DNA from: Eledone cirrhosa
Lineage: Eukaryota
NCBI GenBank assembly: GCA_964016885.1
Contig: OZ024754.1
Location: 40,858,001-40,922,000, forward strand
Length of the DNA stretch: 64,000 bases
Direction: 5' to 3'
Shown here: positions 11,105-24,811 of the stretch, piece by piece
Layout: every line of letters starts with the position of its first letter
How positions within the stretch are numbered: position 1 is the first letter of the stretch
Notes under the pieces: model-generated
Database searches by the model: none
What the model was told of the DNA's origin: nothing
Seen by the model: the letters and a program-made list of their open reading frames with translations, nothing else
Made by a program: the position numbers and the translations under genes

Positions 11105-11440
11105 TTACGCGATGCCACCCCCCCCCCCCCCCCCCCCACACACACACTCACATACAGCCCCGGCAGGATGGAGAAGGCGTTCGTTCCCTCGGAGGACGGC
11201 AAGGGAGACGCGCTGTAAAAGCGACTCCAACTCGCGGGGTTTATTACACCTGCGGCTGGCCAGCTCAGCACCTATGGTGGTGAGTAGGGAGGTAGCCCTA
11301 GGGCCGAGGACACCAGGAGTCTCCACTGCCAGGGGTACAACCGCAAACCTGTCGGAGAGCGACCGGTATTTGAGGAGTTTGGCCCTCCTCAGCCCGACGT
11401 GCAGCAGAACCTGGGTGTACACTCAGAAAGTTCCCCTCTG
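11105..11440 (-). mobile_element. 3' fragment of an RLE-type (CRE/R2-group) non-LTR retrotransposon
   Basis: KLLKYRSLSDRFAVVPLAVETPGVLGP...LLQRVSLAVLRGN matches the C-terminal K..KY / P.AVET.G / QR.S.A..RGN pattern. Confidence 0.7.
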
Positions 11441-11615
11441 AGGCAAGGTTGTTTGTCGAAGACCAGTAGTCACCCATGTATATGTATACCAGTCTCTCCT
11501 CTCCACGCCAGCGATGTTGTCCAAAGGAAAGGCAATGGTTGATACATCTTGGCACCAGTGATGTCACAACATACACACTATATTCTTTATATACATTATA
11601 TATATATATATGTGG

Positions 11616-11800
11616 TGGATTGGCAGTATCGGTAGAGGGTCGGACGCCATGCTTTGACGCATAGAGTTACGGCCCTTGCCATTCTGAGTTCAAATCCCGC
11701 CGAGGTTTACTTTGCCTTTCATCCTTACGGGGTCGATAAAATAAAGTACCAGTAATGTACTGGGTTATTGCTGGCCTTGTGCCTAAAGTAGAAACAATTA
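11616..11800 (+). mobile_element. Full-length Nin/Deu-domain SINE
   Basis: A-box, B-box, Nin core and agaaacaatt tail. Confidence 0.85.
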
Positions 11801-11859
11801 TATATAGTCTGTATATAGTGTATATATACACTATATATGATGTCTAAGGGAAAGACAAT

Positions 11860-12185
11860 GGCCGATACAGCTTGGCACCGGTGATGTCGCAACTCATTTC
11901 TACAGCTGAGTAAACTGGAGCAACGTAAAATAAAGTGTCTTGCTCAAGGAAACAACGCATCACCCAGTCTGCGAATCGAACTCATATCCTCCCGATTGCA
12001 AGCCCAATACATATTGTCTAAAGTCTAAAGTCTGTCTTAAGCCAGAAGGCTCATTTGGCTGGTGCTTATCCCGGTTTCATGGCATGAAACGACTGAGAGT
12101 ACAAGACCCCCCCCCCCCTCCCTGGACAGGACACCAGTCCATCGCAGGGTTAAACTCCCAGCTATTGCTGGTACTCATTTTCAGC
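11860..12185 (-). mobile_element. Second SINE family fragments (TTGAGCAAGACACTT core)
   Basis: ctggagcaacgt.aaataaagtgtcttgctcaagg and ccagtccatcgcagggttaa; related pieces near 21735, 21970, 35420, 38470, 43360, 48830 and 58590. Confidence 0.65.
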
Positions 12186-12224
12186 TGGTCATAACTTGAA
12201 ATATTTATAGTGAGACTCCGATAT

Positions 12225-14150
<1,926 letters not shown>

Positions 14151-14158
14151 CATACATA

Positions 14159-14218
<60 letters not shown>

Positions 14219-14316
14219 AGATGGTGAAGTTACATATATCGTTTAATCATAATAATTATTTCCACGGTTCTCCATGCAATCGAAATGTCCTTCATGCATT
14301 TATAATATATATATGC

Positions 14317-14366
<50 letters not shown>

Positions 14367-14585
14367 TATTTACGTATCGAGAGAGAGAAAAAAAAAGGGA
14401 GGATAGGTGATACATATAATTATTTGCCAAGTAGCGTATGCCAAAGGTGCTCGATACTAGTGCCGGCAGTATTAAATATTCGAAGTGTTAATATCTAGTG
14501 GGCTAGAGAGTTAGCAGAGCGTAAGCACGTGGAAAAGTAAGAAATCGGAGAATAGACCGTTAAAACATGTTTATTTAAAACAGCA

Positions 14586-14623
14586 ACCTACGTACGTTTC
14601 GCCCAGTTGGGCTTCTCAAGGGC
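14586..14623 (-). ncRNA. Variant minimal hammerhead motif of the PLE pLTR
   Basis: Minus: GCCC-TTGAGAA-GCCC AACT GGGC-GAA-ACGTACGT-A^GGTT; non-canonical core of the kind reported in PLE hammerheads. Confidence 0.6.
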
Positions 14624-14997
14624 ATAAATAACCAAAAGTGTTCCTTACATTGCTCGGAAAGAGTTTATGGGGTTAAGTTCACGTCAAGATTCATTGCTCG
14701 CAAAAATAGCGTGTTTTGCTTTTGCAGCGGGTCAAGGGAGGTAACTCTGGCCGGTGTTAGGGCAGTCTTTCCGGACACATTTTTATCCGTTACAAGATGT
14801 GGTTACAACCTTACCATTGACGATACGCACAGGGTCATGTAACCAGCGCTTATTTTGAGACGTTTGTTTTCCGCACCTGTTTGCCTGGGTCGTTTGAGGC
14901 TGGGTCTGGTATGCATGGTTAGTTTCCTGGGTGTTATTTTGCAGCGCCTGCCCGCCGAGGTGTTAAAACTTGCTGCAGGGAGATCCGGTGCACGCTT

Positions 14998-15525
14998 TCA
15001 CTCCTCATCCTTAACCCATCTGAAGAAGGATATTTTTAAGCGATGTGTAATACTTATCGCTGTTTCAGCTCTGCTGTTGATGAGCTCGTGGGATGCAGTT
15101 ATGATGTGGTAGAGCTCCATGAGGCAAATATCGCACTTCCCCTTGAAGTTGTACGGTGCAGCCCTGCCGACAATATCCCAGTGCGTGGAGAAGCTGAAGT
15201 CCTTTAATGATGTGATGTAGTCCGCGAGCGAAGTGGAGTGTCTTAATTTCTTATTTGTGAAGGAGTGGAGATGTGTTCGAAACCTAATTTTGAACGGGCC
15301 GGGGGTAGCCCCTTAATGTTTAACGCTATTGTGGCTAGTTACAATGCATCTATATATAACCCTATCAGTCAAGCAGTATCCTCTAATGGGGCAGCGTCCT
15401 CTGTCGCGGCAGTTGAAATTTCTGTCGCGGTTCCATCCATTTCCTACGGTAAGGCTATCATTGTTGCTGCCTACGTTGTTATCTACGCTCCCGCAGCTGT
15501 CGTTAGCACCATTACAACCCACAGC
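14998..15525 (-). pseudogene. Penelope-type GIY-YIG endonuclease domain with one in-frame TAA
   Basis: Minus frame: FNCRDRGRCPIRGYCLTDRVIYRCIVTSHNSVKH*GATPGPFKIRFRTHLHSF...STSLADYITSLK...WDIVGRAAPY...KCDICLMELYHII...LINSRAE...; TAA at 15313-15315 falls in the YIG position. Confidence 0.8.
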
Positions 15526-15675
15526 AAACGTACGTAGGTGCTGTTTTAAATAAACATGGTTCTCCGATTTCTTACTTTTCATCTTACGTTAACTATTTTC
15601 CCATTTTGACGCTATAGTCACTTATATATTATAGAATACTGTTGGCTTCTTGCTACAATAATTTCTATACTTTTC

Positions 15676-15774
<99 letters not shown>

Positions 15775-15859
15775 CATATATTGGCTTTTTTAATGGCTTT
15801 TTTCGTATATATTTTAATATTTTAATGGCTTCTTTCGTGGCAAAATTATTAATAACAAT

Positions 15860-15937
15860 ATTACCGTATTTGCCATTTTTAACTATTCGCGGGTGTCCTA
15901 GGAACGTCGGCCCCGCGAATACCGAGGGACAACTGTA
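15860..15937. mobile_element. Terminal fragment of a pogo/Tigger-like DNA transposon
   Basis: CCCCGCGAATACCGAGGGACAACTG-TA resembles a Tigger TIR ending in TA. Confidence 0.5.
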
Positions 15938-15989
15938 TATATAATTAAAATAACGGGATGTCAGAGTATCATGATAGTTTATCCAGGGT

Positions 15990-16175
15990 GGTGGCTTGGC
16001 AGTATCGGTAGAGGGTCGAACGCCATGTTTTGTAGCATAGAGTTACTGCCCTTTATGATCTGAGTTCAAATCCCGCCGAGGTTAACTTTGCCTTTCATCC
16101 TTAAGGGGTCGATAAAATAAAGTACCAGTAATACACTGGGTAATAGCTGGCCTTGTGCCAAAAGTAGAAACCATT
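15990..16175 (+). mobile_element. Nin/Deu-domain SINE
   Basis: Same A-box, B-box and core. Confidence 0.85.
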
Positions 16176-16236
16176 TTTAGTTTATTCAGGTGTGATATTA
16201 TATATATATATATATGTGTGTGGGTGTCTTGGTGTG

Positions 16237-16269
<33 letters not shown>

Positions 16270-16591
16270 ATATATATATATATATATATACACATGCACA
16301 CGTACACATGCATATACACACTCATACAAACCCTCACACACACACACACACATATATATAACACTCCCGCCTCTTTGCATGTCTCTCTCTTACACCCCCC
16401 TGTCTCTGCCTGTCTGTCTCTCTCTCTCTCTCTTTCATTAACCCCCCTGTCTATTTCTCTCTCTCTCTCTTTCATTACCCCCCTGTCTATTTCTCTCTCT
16501 CTCTAACCCCCTGTCTCTGTCTGTCTGTCTGCCTCTCTCTCTCTTTAACCCCCGTCTCTGTCTCTCTCTCTCTCTACCACCCTGTCTTTGC

Positions 16592-16629
<38 letters not shown>

Positions 16630-17222
16630 CACCCTGTCTCTGCCCCTCTCTCTCTATTATTACTACCCTTCTACCCCGGTAACAAGTTTGCTAACAAGAG
16701 ACAGCCTCTTCGTCCCCCCCCCCCCCCTCTTCCCACCATCAGTCAGCCGCTCCTTAACATTTAAACTGACGTTTGCCTCCTTCTCTGTTGGCAACCCCTC
16801 GTAAAAGGTGCTACAAATAAAGGTAATGAAAGCCTGCAGGAACAGTTGTCTGTCTAACTACCTGTACACCTGTACACCTGTACACCTGTATATAACTGGA
16901 GCTATCTACCTGTTGTTGAATCATTCAATTTTAAACAGGGTATTTTTTTCAGTTTTCAAGTCTCCGTCTTTGGCGGACCCCGGATTTTGGACCCTTAAAA
17001 CAACACGGACCCTTCATGCAACACGGATGAGGTAATAAGGATTGAGGTAAGATATATATATATATAGGTATGTATGTATGTATGTATGTATGTATGTATG
17101 TATGTATGTATGTATGTATGTATGTATGTATGCATGTAGCTATGTATGTATGTATGTATGTATGTATGTATGTATGTATGTATGTATGTATGTATGTATG
17201 TATATATATATATATAATATGT

Positions 17223-17305
<83 letters not shown>

Positions 17306-17334
17306 AAAGAATAGAGGTGTAACACACAAGTTAT

Positions 17335-17735
17335 TATATATTGGTAAACGGAATAGAAAATGCTGACAAATTGTTCACAGTTGAAAAATGGTTTAATTAG
17401 GAATAAAAGAGTATTAGTGATTGTATGGGTTAGTATTCAGTTGTGGTTTTAAGTTTTTAAGTTTTTAAGTTTTTACCGGTTGCGCATTTCTAAATGCTTT
17501 TCAAAAATAATTTTGAGATAGAGTGTCCGTGCTGTTTGCTCTGATCAGAGCAAACAGCACGGACACAAAATTATTTTTGAAAAGCATTTAGAAATGCGCA
17601 ACCGGTAAAAACTTAAAAACTTAAAACCACAACTGAATACTAACCCATACAATCACTAATACTCTTTTATTTCTAATTAAACCATTTTTCAACTGTGAAC
17701 AATTTGTCAGCATTTTCTATTCCGTTTACCAATAT
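17335..17735. repeat. About 400-bp near-perfect palindrome in (TA)n
   Basis: Arms symmetric about ctctgatcagag (about 17545); contains TTGAAAAG...GAAATGCGCA, a possible decayed hammerhead. Confidence 0.85.
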
Positions 17736-17746
17736 ATATATATATA

Positions 17747-17955
17747 TAAAATATTAAAAAAATAATGAATAAAACAATGAAACAGTTCCTTATATTAAAC
17801 AAAAAAAGTTCATTATTTAACGATCGTTTCTAGGATATATATGTGTTAGAATTGGCATGCATATTCAACAGATCTATGTACAAAATTATACGGATTACAT
17901 TGAGTTCTTCATACGGATTGGACACTACCGTAAACTCTTGGTAGATTTATCTACA
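17747..17955 (+). mobile_element. Internally deleted copy of the 7963-8585 element
   Basis: Identical left-arm sequence joined directly to the tail end cggattacattgagttcttcatacgg... Confidence 0.85.
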
Positions 17956-18174
17956 TATATATATATATATATATATGTGTGTATTAAAAATGTTCTGTTT
18001 ATGTCTGTTCCTCTGAAAGTCTATGTATGTGTATGTGTGTGTACATGTACGTATGTATGTATGTATGTATGTGTTTGTATGTATATGTATGTATGTATAT
18101 ATATATGTACGTATGGATGTATGTTTGTCTATGTGTGTATGTGAATTCATGCATGTATGCATATTTATGCATTT

Positions 18175-18269
18175 ATGTGTATATACATATATATGTACGT
18201 ATGTCTCTATATGTGCATATATGTATACATGCATGTATGTATCAACTATAATAATATACCACATGTATT

Positions 18270-18342
<73 letters not shown>

Positions 18343-18446
18343 ATATATATATATATACAAATACATGTGGTATATTATTATAGTTGATACATACATGCAT
18401 GTATACATATATGCACATATAGAGACATACGTACATATATATGTAT

Positions 18447-18450
<4 letters not shown>
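18175..18450. repeat. Fold-back palindrome centred on a (TA)n tract
   Basis: About 18180-18275 is the reverse complement of about 18353-18448. Confidence 0.85.
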
Positions 18451-18485
<35 letters not shown>

Positions 18486-18489
18486 AGCA

Positions 18490-18655
18490 ATGAGTTATTT
18501 AATTTGTTGGTTATTCAACAAATTTAGTTTATAACAGGTTAGAAGCACTCAACAGATTTTCTGGAGTGTAATATCAATAATATTAATAAATGTAAACTAT
18601 CTTTATAAAACTATATTTATAAGATAGTTTCCATTTATTAATATTATTGATATAT
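18490..18655 (-). mobile_element. Family C tail plus short fold-back; ribozyme absent
   Basis: aagcactcaacag...ggagt tail; palindrome about 18571-18655. Confidence 0.65.
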
Positions 18656-18724
18656 ATACATATATATGTATGTGTACATATATATATATATGTGTACATA
18701 TATATATATGTTTGTATATATATA

Positions 18725-18855
18725 TGGACGTTAAACGATGATGATGATGACGATGATGATGATGATATATATATGTGTGTGTGTGTGTGCGTGAGTGTGC
18801 GTGTGTGGCATATATATATGTTTGTATATATATATGCCACACACGCACACTCACG

Positions 18856-18886
<31 letters not shown>

Positions 18887-19070
18887 CATCATCATCGTCA
18901 TCATCATCATCGTTTAACGTCCATCTTCCACGCTAGCATAGGTTAGACGGGAGTTGTCCCAATTTGAGTCAAGGTTGGTCGGGTGTCCGTGTCTCGCTCG
19001 TATAGGACTATCTGGCAGGTTTTCTACGGCTGGATGCCCTTCCTAACACCAACCACATTTACAGTGTGGA
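18725..19070 (-). mobile_element. RTE-related SINE 3' end with fold-back of its (GAT)n tail
   Basis: cgtttaacgtccatcttccacgctagcat.ggttagacgg and ggctggatgcccttcctaacacc; 18725-18922 is palindromic; plus-strand homolog at 31380-31570. Confidence 0.6.
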
Positions 19071-19272
19071 ACTGGGAACTTTTTACCGTGTTACCTACAC
19101 GACCGCATTACAGCGTGGACTGGGAGGTTTTTGTCGTGACACTTACACGACCACATTACAGCGTGGACTGGGAGGTTTTTGTCGTGACACCTACACGACC
19201 ACATTACAGCGTGGACTGGGAGGTTTTTGTCGTGACACCTACACGATCTCAATCTCATTATCTCATTTATTA

Positions 19273-19660
19273 GGTGGATTGGCAGTATCGGTAGAGGGTC
19301 GGACGCCATGCTTTGACGCATAGAGTTACGGCCCTTGCCATTCTGAGTTCAAATCCCGCCGAGGTTAACTTTGCCTTTCATCCTTACGGGGTCGATAAAA
19401 TAAAGTACCAGTAATGTACTGGGTAATTTCTGGCCTTGTGCCAATAGTAGAAACAATTATCTCATTTATTAGGGCGGTGGATTGGCAGTATCGGTAGAGG
19501 GTCGGACGCCATGCTTTCCAGCATAGTTACGTCCCTTTACGATCTGAGTTCAAATCCCGCCGAGGTTGACTTTGCCTTTCATCCTTACGGGGTCGATAAA
19601 ATAAAGTACCAGTAATGCACTGGGTAATTGCTGGCCTTGTGCCTAAAGTAGAAACAATTA
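19273..19660 (+). mobile_element. Two tandem full-length Nin/Deu-domain SINEs
   Basis: Two complete units, with attatctcatttatt before, between and after them. Confidence 0.9.
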
Positions 19661-19728
19661 TCTCATTTATTTGGACTGGACTGGATGTTGTGGTACCAAA
19701 TCTCTCTATATATATATTTATATATATA

Positions 19729-19789
<61 letters not shown>

Positions 19790-20052
19790 ACATGTGTGTG
19801 TCTGTGTGTTACATATGACATACAGGATTACATGTTTGGGTAAGTTTGTTGAAATAGCTATTTACAGGGACTAATGTGTGTATATATATATATATACACA
19901 ATATCAGTCATGTTGTGACACTAAAGATGTCGCTGTCCCAATCACAAGGTTCTGGGTTCCAACCCCACATTAGTCCCTGTAAATAGCTATTTCACCAAAC
20001 TTACCCACACATGTAATCCTGTATGTCATATGTAACACACAGACACACACAC
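19790..20052. repeat. Inverted repeat, about 88-bp arms with about 85-bp spacer
   Basis: gtgttacatatgacatacaggattacatg...cagggactaatgtg versus its reverse complement from 19966. Confidence 0.85.
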
Positions 20053-21149
20053 ATATGTTGAACAACTTACGTTGAAATAAATGATTGAAATATTATTTTT
20101 ATCTGTAATTATTTCCAACATAAACTATATGGTTTCTCTTATGTAAAGTATCAATAACACCACCACCACCACCACACCACCACCACCACTACCACCACCA
20201 CCACCACCACTACTACCACCACCACCACCACCACCACTACCATTACCACCACTACCACTACCACCATCACCGCCACTACCACCACCACCACCACCACCAC
20301 CACCATTACCACTACTACCACCACCACCATTACCACCACCACCACCACCACCACCACCACTACCACCACCACCACCACCACCACCACCACCACCACTACC
20401 ACCACTACCACCACTACCACCACCACCACCACCACCACCACCATTACCACCACCACCACCACCACCACTACCACCACTACCACCACTACCACCACCACCA
20501 CCACTACCACCACCACCACCACCACCACCACCACCACCACCACCACCACCACTACCACCACCACCACCACCACCATATCAGCTGTACAACCGGAAGTGAG
20601 AGACAGATTAAAATATAAATCTGATTTAAACGAATAAAACTTTCGAAGTGAATTTAAAAATAAATAAATATGAAATAAACAACAGGAAGAGAGGAAGAAA
20701 GAAGGAAAGGAGGAACTATGGGGAGGAGGGGGGGGTGACTGAAATATTGAATAAAAGAGGGGGAGGAAGGGAGAGGGGAGAAAGGCAGGGGGATGAGAAA
20801 GAGAGGGTGAGAAAGAGGGGAGAAAGGGAGGGTGAGAAAGGTAGGGGGGGGGGGAGAGTGGAGAAAGGGAGAGGGAGAGAAAGAGATGGATGGAGAAAGG
20901 GAGAGGGGGAGAAAGGTAGAGAGAGAGAATGAGGGGAAGAAAGAGAGAGGGGGAGAAAGAGATGGATGGAGAAAGGGAGAGGGGGAGAAAGGTAGAGGGG
21001 GAAAGAAAAAGAGGTGGCAAAGAGGGGGAGGGGGCATCTTTACACACATGGCTGGGTAATACCAACTCAACTGTACCCATGTCGACAAAATAAGTATTGC
21101 CGTAGAGAGAATTAGCCAGTTGATACCCGCTACATCCTTTTTCAGTAGG

Positions 21150-21640
21150 GATAATATACCCCTCCCCACTATTTCGTAGTGGGAGGAAAATGACAGTCCA
21201 GGGACCAAGGAGATCTGTGATTTCAATGGTAACTGGTACAAAACGGAAGCAGTCGGTCAAAGACAGCCATTTCCTTATCTTTGCCATCTCACCGACAAAT
21301 TCTATCTGATGTGTATCTGCTTCATTTTTCCTATTCTCTTTCTCTATCTATCTATCTTTGTATGTGTCCCCTTCTTTTGTGCCCCTGTGGCTAATAAAGA
21401 AACATATCTATCTATCTGAGGAAAGGAGTACAAACTCTTCGTGCTCCTGGAGATGAGGGTTGCACATTTTTTCGGGGGTATGTGTTACCCATATGAAATG
21501 TCTCCCCCTATTGGGGAAAATCGATTAATTTTTAAATTGCATCTGTGATAGTATTTTACACGTTTTTATTGTATGTAAACTTCCCCCTTTGTATTTGTCC
21601 CCTTCTTTTGTGCCCTTGCGGCTAATAAAGAAATATATCT
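21150..21640. mobile_element. RLE-type non-LTR fragments and 3' tails
   Basis: Minus KIRKWLSLTDCFRFVPVTIEITDLLGP; repeated tail gtgccc.tg.ggctaataaagaaa+(TATC)n, also seen at about 53580. Confidence 0.45.
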
Positions 21641-22101
21641 ATCTGTTTATCTGTTTATCTGTTCGTCTGTCTGCCTGTCTGTCTGTCTGTCTGTCCGTCC
21701 GCCTGTCCATCATAACGTTAACCCCCCCCCCCCAGCTATTACTGGTACTCATTTTCAGCTGAGTATACTGGAGCAACGTGAAATGAAGTGTTTTGCTCAA
21801 GAACACAACACGCAACCCAGTCCAGGAATCGAACCCACGACATTATGATCGCAACTCCAACACCCTTACCACTAGGCCATACACCTTCACAATGGGTTAT
21901 ATCCCCGATTCATATTCTTTTGGAAATACCTGATAATACTCCTATTATTGTTCTTGTGAAGGTGCGACCTGTTCTTGAGCAAGACACTTTATTTCACGTT
22001 GCTCCAGTCCGCGTACCTTATCTTCGAGAGGGCGAGACAGGTCACGTTACATTGTGTCACGCTAAATATCTTTGGTCGCTATGCCCATTTCATGAGGACA
22101 T

Positions 22102-22530
22102 TGCTGGACTAACATATAAACTAAATAAACCATAGCTTAGGGTCACACACACACACCCTCTGGGCCATGGTATAGCCAGTGCTGGACTAACATATAAACT
22201 AAATAAACCATAGCTTAGGGTCACACACACCCTCTGGGCCATGGTATAGCCAGTGCTGGACTAACATATAAACTAAATAAACCATAGCTTAGGGTCACAC
22301 ACACACACCCTCTGGGCCATGGTATAGCCAGTGCTGGACTAACATATAAACTAAATAAACCATAGCTTAGGGTCACACACCCTCTGGGGCCATGGTATAG
22401 CCAGTGCTGGACTAACATATAAACTAAATAAACCATAGCTTAGGGTCACACACACACACCCTCTGGGGCCATGGTATAGCCAGTGCTGGACTAACATATA
22501 AGTTAAACAAGTCAGAGCTTAGGGCCACAC
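22102..22530. repeat. Minisatellite, about 75-79-bp unit, about 5.5 copies
   Basis: tgctggactaacatataaactaaataaaccatagcttagggt(ca)n ccctctgggccatggtatagccag. Confidence 0.95.
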
Positions 22531-22659
22531 ATCCTCGGGAGAGCCTCATTAAAAAAGAAAAGTTTTTTTCATCAAACGCTGCAGTGACTTCATGGAGAAA
22601 GGACCTGTATTCGGACTCCTTGTTTGGTGCATAAACTTGCAACACCCACAGAGACCTAT

Positions 22660-23758
22660 CTTTCAGCCGAAAGAATACTATCGCGAATAGAAGCGGCCAA
22701 AGTAGGGTTACTCCGAAGGGTTTTTGGAGGAACGTTACTCGATAAAGTGCTTAGCTCGGAGATCAGAGAGTCACTCCAGGTAGAGCCGCTGTTTCTCCGA
22801 ATTGAGAGATCACAGCTCCGATACTATGGAGGACATATGGTTAGAATGTCTGAGGAAAGAATCTCTGAATTGAGAGATCACAGCTCCGATACTATGGAGG
22901 ACATGTGGTTAGAATGTCTGAGGAAAGAATCTCTGAATTGAGAGATCACAGCTCCGATACTATGGAGGACATGTGGTTAGAATGTCTGAGGAAAGAATCT
23001 CTGAATTGAGAGATCACAGCTCCGATACTATGGAGGACATGTGGTTAGAATGTCTGAGGAAAGAATCTCTGAATTGAGAGATCACAGCTCCGATACTATG
23101 GAGGACATATGGTTAGAATGTCTGAGGAAAGAATCTCTGAATTGAGAGATCACAGCTCCGATACTATGGAGGACATGTGGTTAGAATGTCTGAGGAAAGA
23201 ATCTCTGAATTGAGAGATCACAGCTCCGATACTATGGAGGACATGTGGTTAGAATGTCTGAGGAAAGAATCTCTGAATTGAGAGATCACAGCTCCGATAC
23301 TATGGAGGACATGTGGTTAGAATGTCTGAGGAAAGAATCTCTGAATTGAGAGATCACAGCTCCGATACTATGGAGGACATGTGGTTAGAATGTCTGAGGA
23401 AAGACTCGCTGGATAGATTATACGGGCGAAACCAACCGGTAGGATGACCGACGGGGTAGAGCCCCTGAGCAAGATGGTTGGATAACGTCCATGAGCTTGG
23501 CTGGTCTCGCTTGGGGATCCAGCCGGATCAGTTAGTGATGGCTGCTTCTGACAGGACCCGCTGGAAAGTGTGTTTGAGGATCTTGCCCCCACGACCCTCT
23601 CAGGAATAAGTGGGTGAAGAAGAAGAAGAAGAAAAAGAAGAAGAAGAAGAAGAAGAAAAAGAAGAAGAAGAAGAAGAAGAAGAAAAAGAAGAAGAAGAAG
23701 AAAAAGAAAAAGAAAAAGAAAAAGAAAAAGAAAAAGAAAAAGAAGAAGAAGAAGAAGA
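22660..23758 (+). mobile_element. 3' end of an RTE-clade LINE with internal 68-bp x9 tandem amplification and (GAA)n tail
   Basis: RIEAAKVGLLRRVFGGTLLDKVLSSEIRESLQVEPL..IERSQLRYYG.HMVRMSEER is a typical RTE ORF C-terminus; unit starts 22801, 22869 ... 23345; tail 23616-23758. Confidence 0.8.
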
Positions 23759-23834
23759 TACATACATACACACACACAGATATATATTTACACTTGTTTA
23801 TTAAATACTCAACCAGTTACATCTGAATTAAATA

Positions 23835-24022
23835 ATAGTTTCTACTTTTGGCACAAGGCCAGCAATTTTCCCAGTGCATTACTGGTACTTTATTTTATCG
23901 ACCCCCGTAAGGATGAAAGGCAAAGTTAACCTCGGCGGGATTTGAACTCAGACCGTAAAGGGGCGCAACTCTATGCTACAAAGCATAGCGTCGGACCCTT
24001 CTTACCGATATTGCCAATCCAC
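23835..24022 (-). mobile_element. Nin/Deu-domain SINE
   Basis: Reverse complement of the family consensus; further minus copies at about 24942-25056, 30672-30860 and 32722-32930. Confidence 0.85.
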
Positions 24023-24381
24023 GAACGCTCAGTTTGAACAGCTGGATACTCATCGTAGAAACCGACGGAGGACCCTCCATGCCTAGAAGCGATATAGGCT
24101 GAGAGGTCAACATGGCGACCAGGCCCCGTGGTTTGATATACAGTAAAACGATGGGGAACCAAGATATTGGTTTCTAATTTAGGGTACGTAAAACTAAGCA
24201 GGTTTGGCAGAAGGAAGGGGGGACAGTCGATTACATCGACCCCAGTACGTGACTGGTACTACTATTTTATCGACCTCCTGCTAGGATGAAAGACAAAATT
24301 GACCTCGGTGGGATTTGAACTCAGAACCTAATAACTGTGTCAACCGATCGCCATAGTCAAGTTAAACACACACACACACAC

Positions 24382-24421
<40 letters not shown>

Positions 24422-24426
24422 CATAT

Positions 24427-24475
<49 letters not shown>

Positions 24476-24590
24476 CGGAGGAAATGTGGTAAGGAACCAG
24501 GTGGACCATAACGCACCAAAGTACTCAATACTTAGGGTAGTAGAGTGGGTAATAGGAACGAGTAGGACCCCGGGGTCCTACTCGTTCCTA
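24476..24590 (-). mobile_element. Family A element with fold-back hinged at the hammerhead cleavage site
   Basis: TAGGAACGAGTAGGACCCC|GGGGTCCTACTCGTTCCTA perfect palindrome, apex 24571/24572. Confidence 0.75.
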
Positions 24591-24612
24591 TATATATATA
24601 TATATAATATAC

Positions 24613-24649
<37 letters not shown>

Positions 24650-24779
24650 CATATTATATATATATGTATATATATATATATATATATAATATACATATAT
24701 ATACTATACATATTAAATATATATATACATATATGTATATATATATATATATACATATATATACACACATACATATATC

Positions 24780-24811
<32 letters not shown>

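Larger units (their letters stand above)
14420..15582 (-). mobile_element. 5'-truncated Penelope-like retroelement (Naiad-like) with inverted pLTR fragment
   Basis: GIY-YIG remnant, 3' UTR with hammerhead variant, and 15527-15582 as inverted copy of about 14533-14600. Confidence 0.8.

Noticed and set aside
15313-15315. Selenocysteine read-through in the PLE endonuclease
   Set aside because: The stop is TAA, not TGA, is not at a Cys position, and no convincing SECIS fold was found by eye
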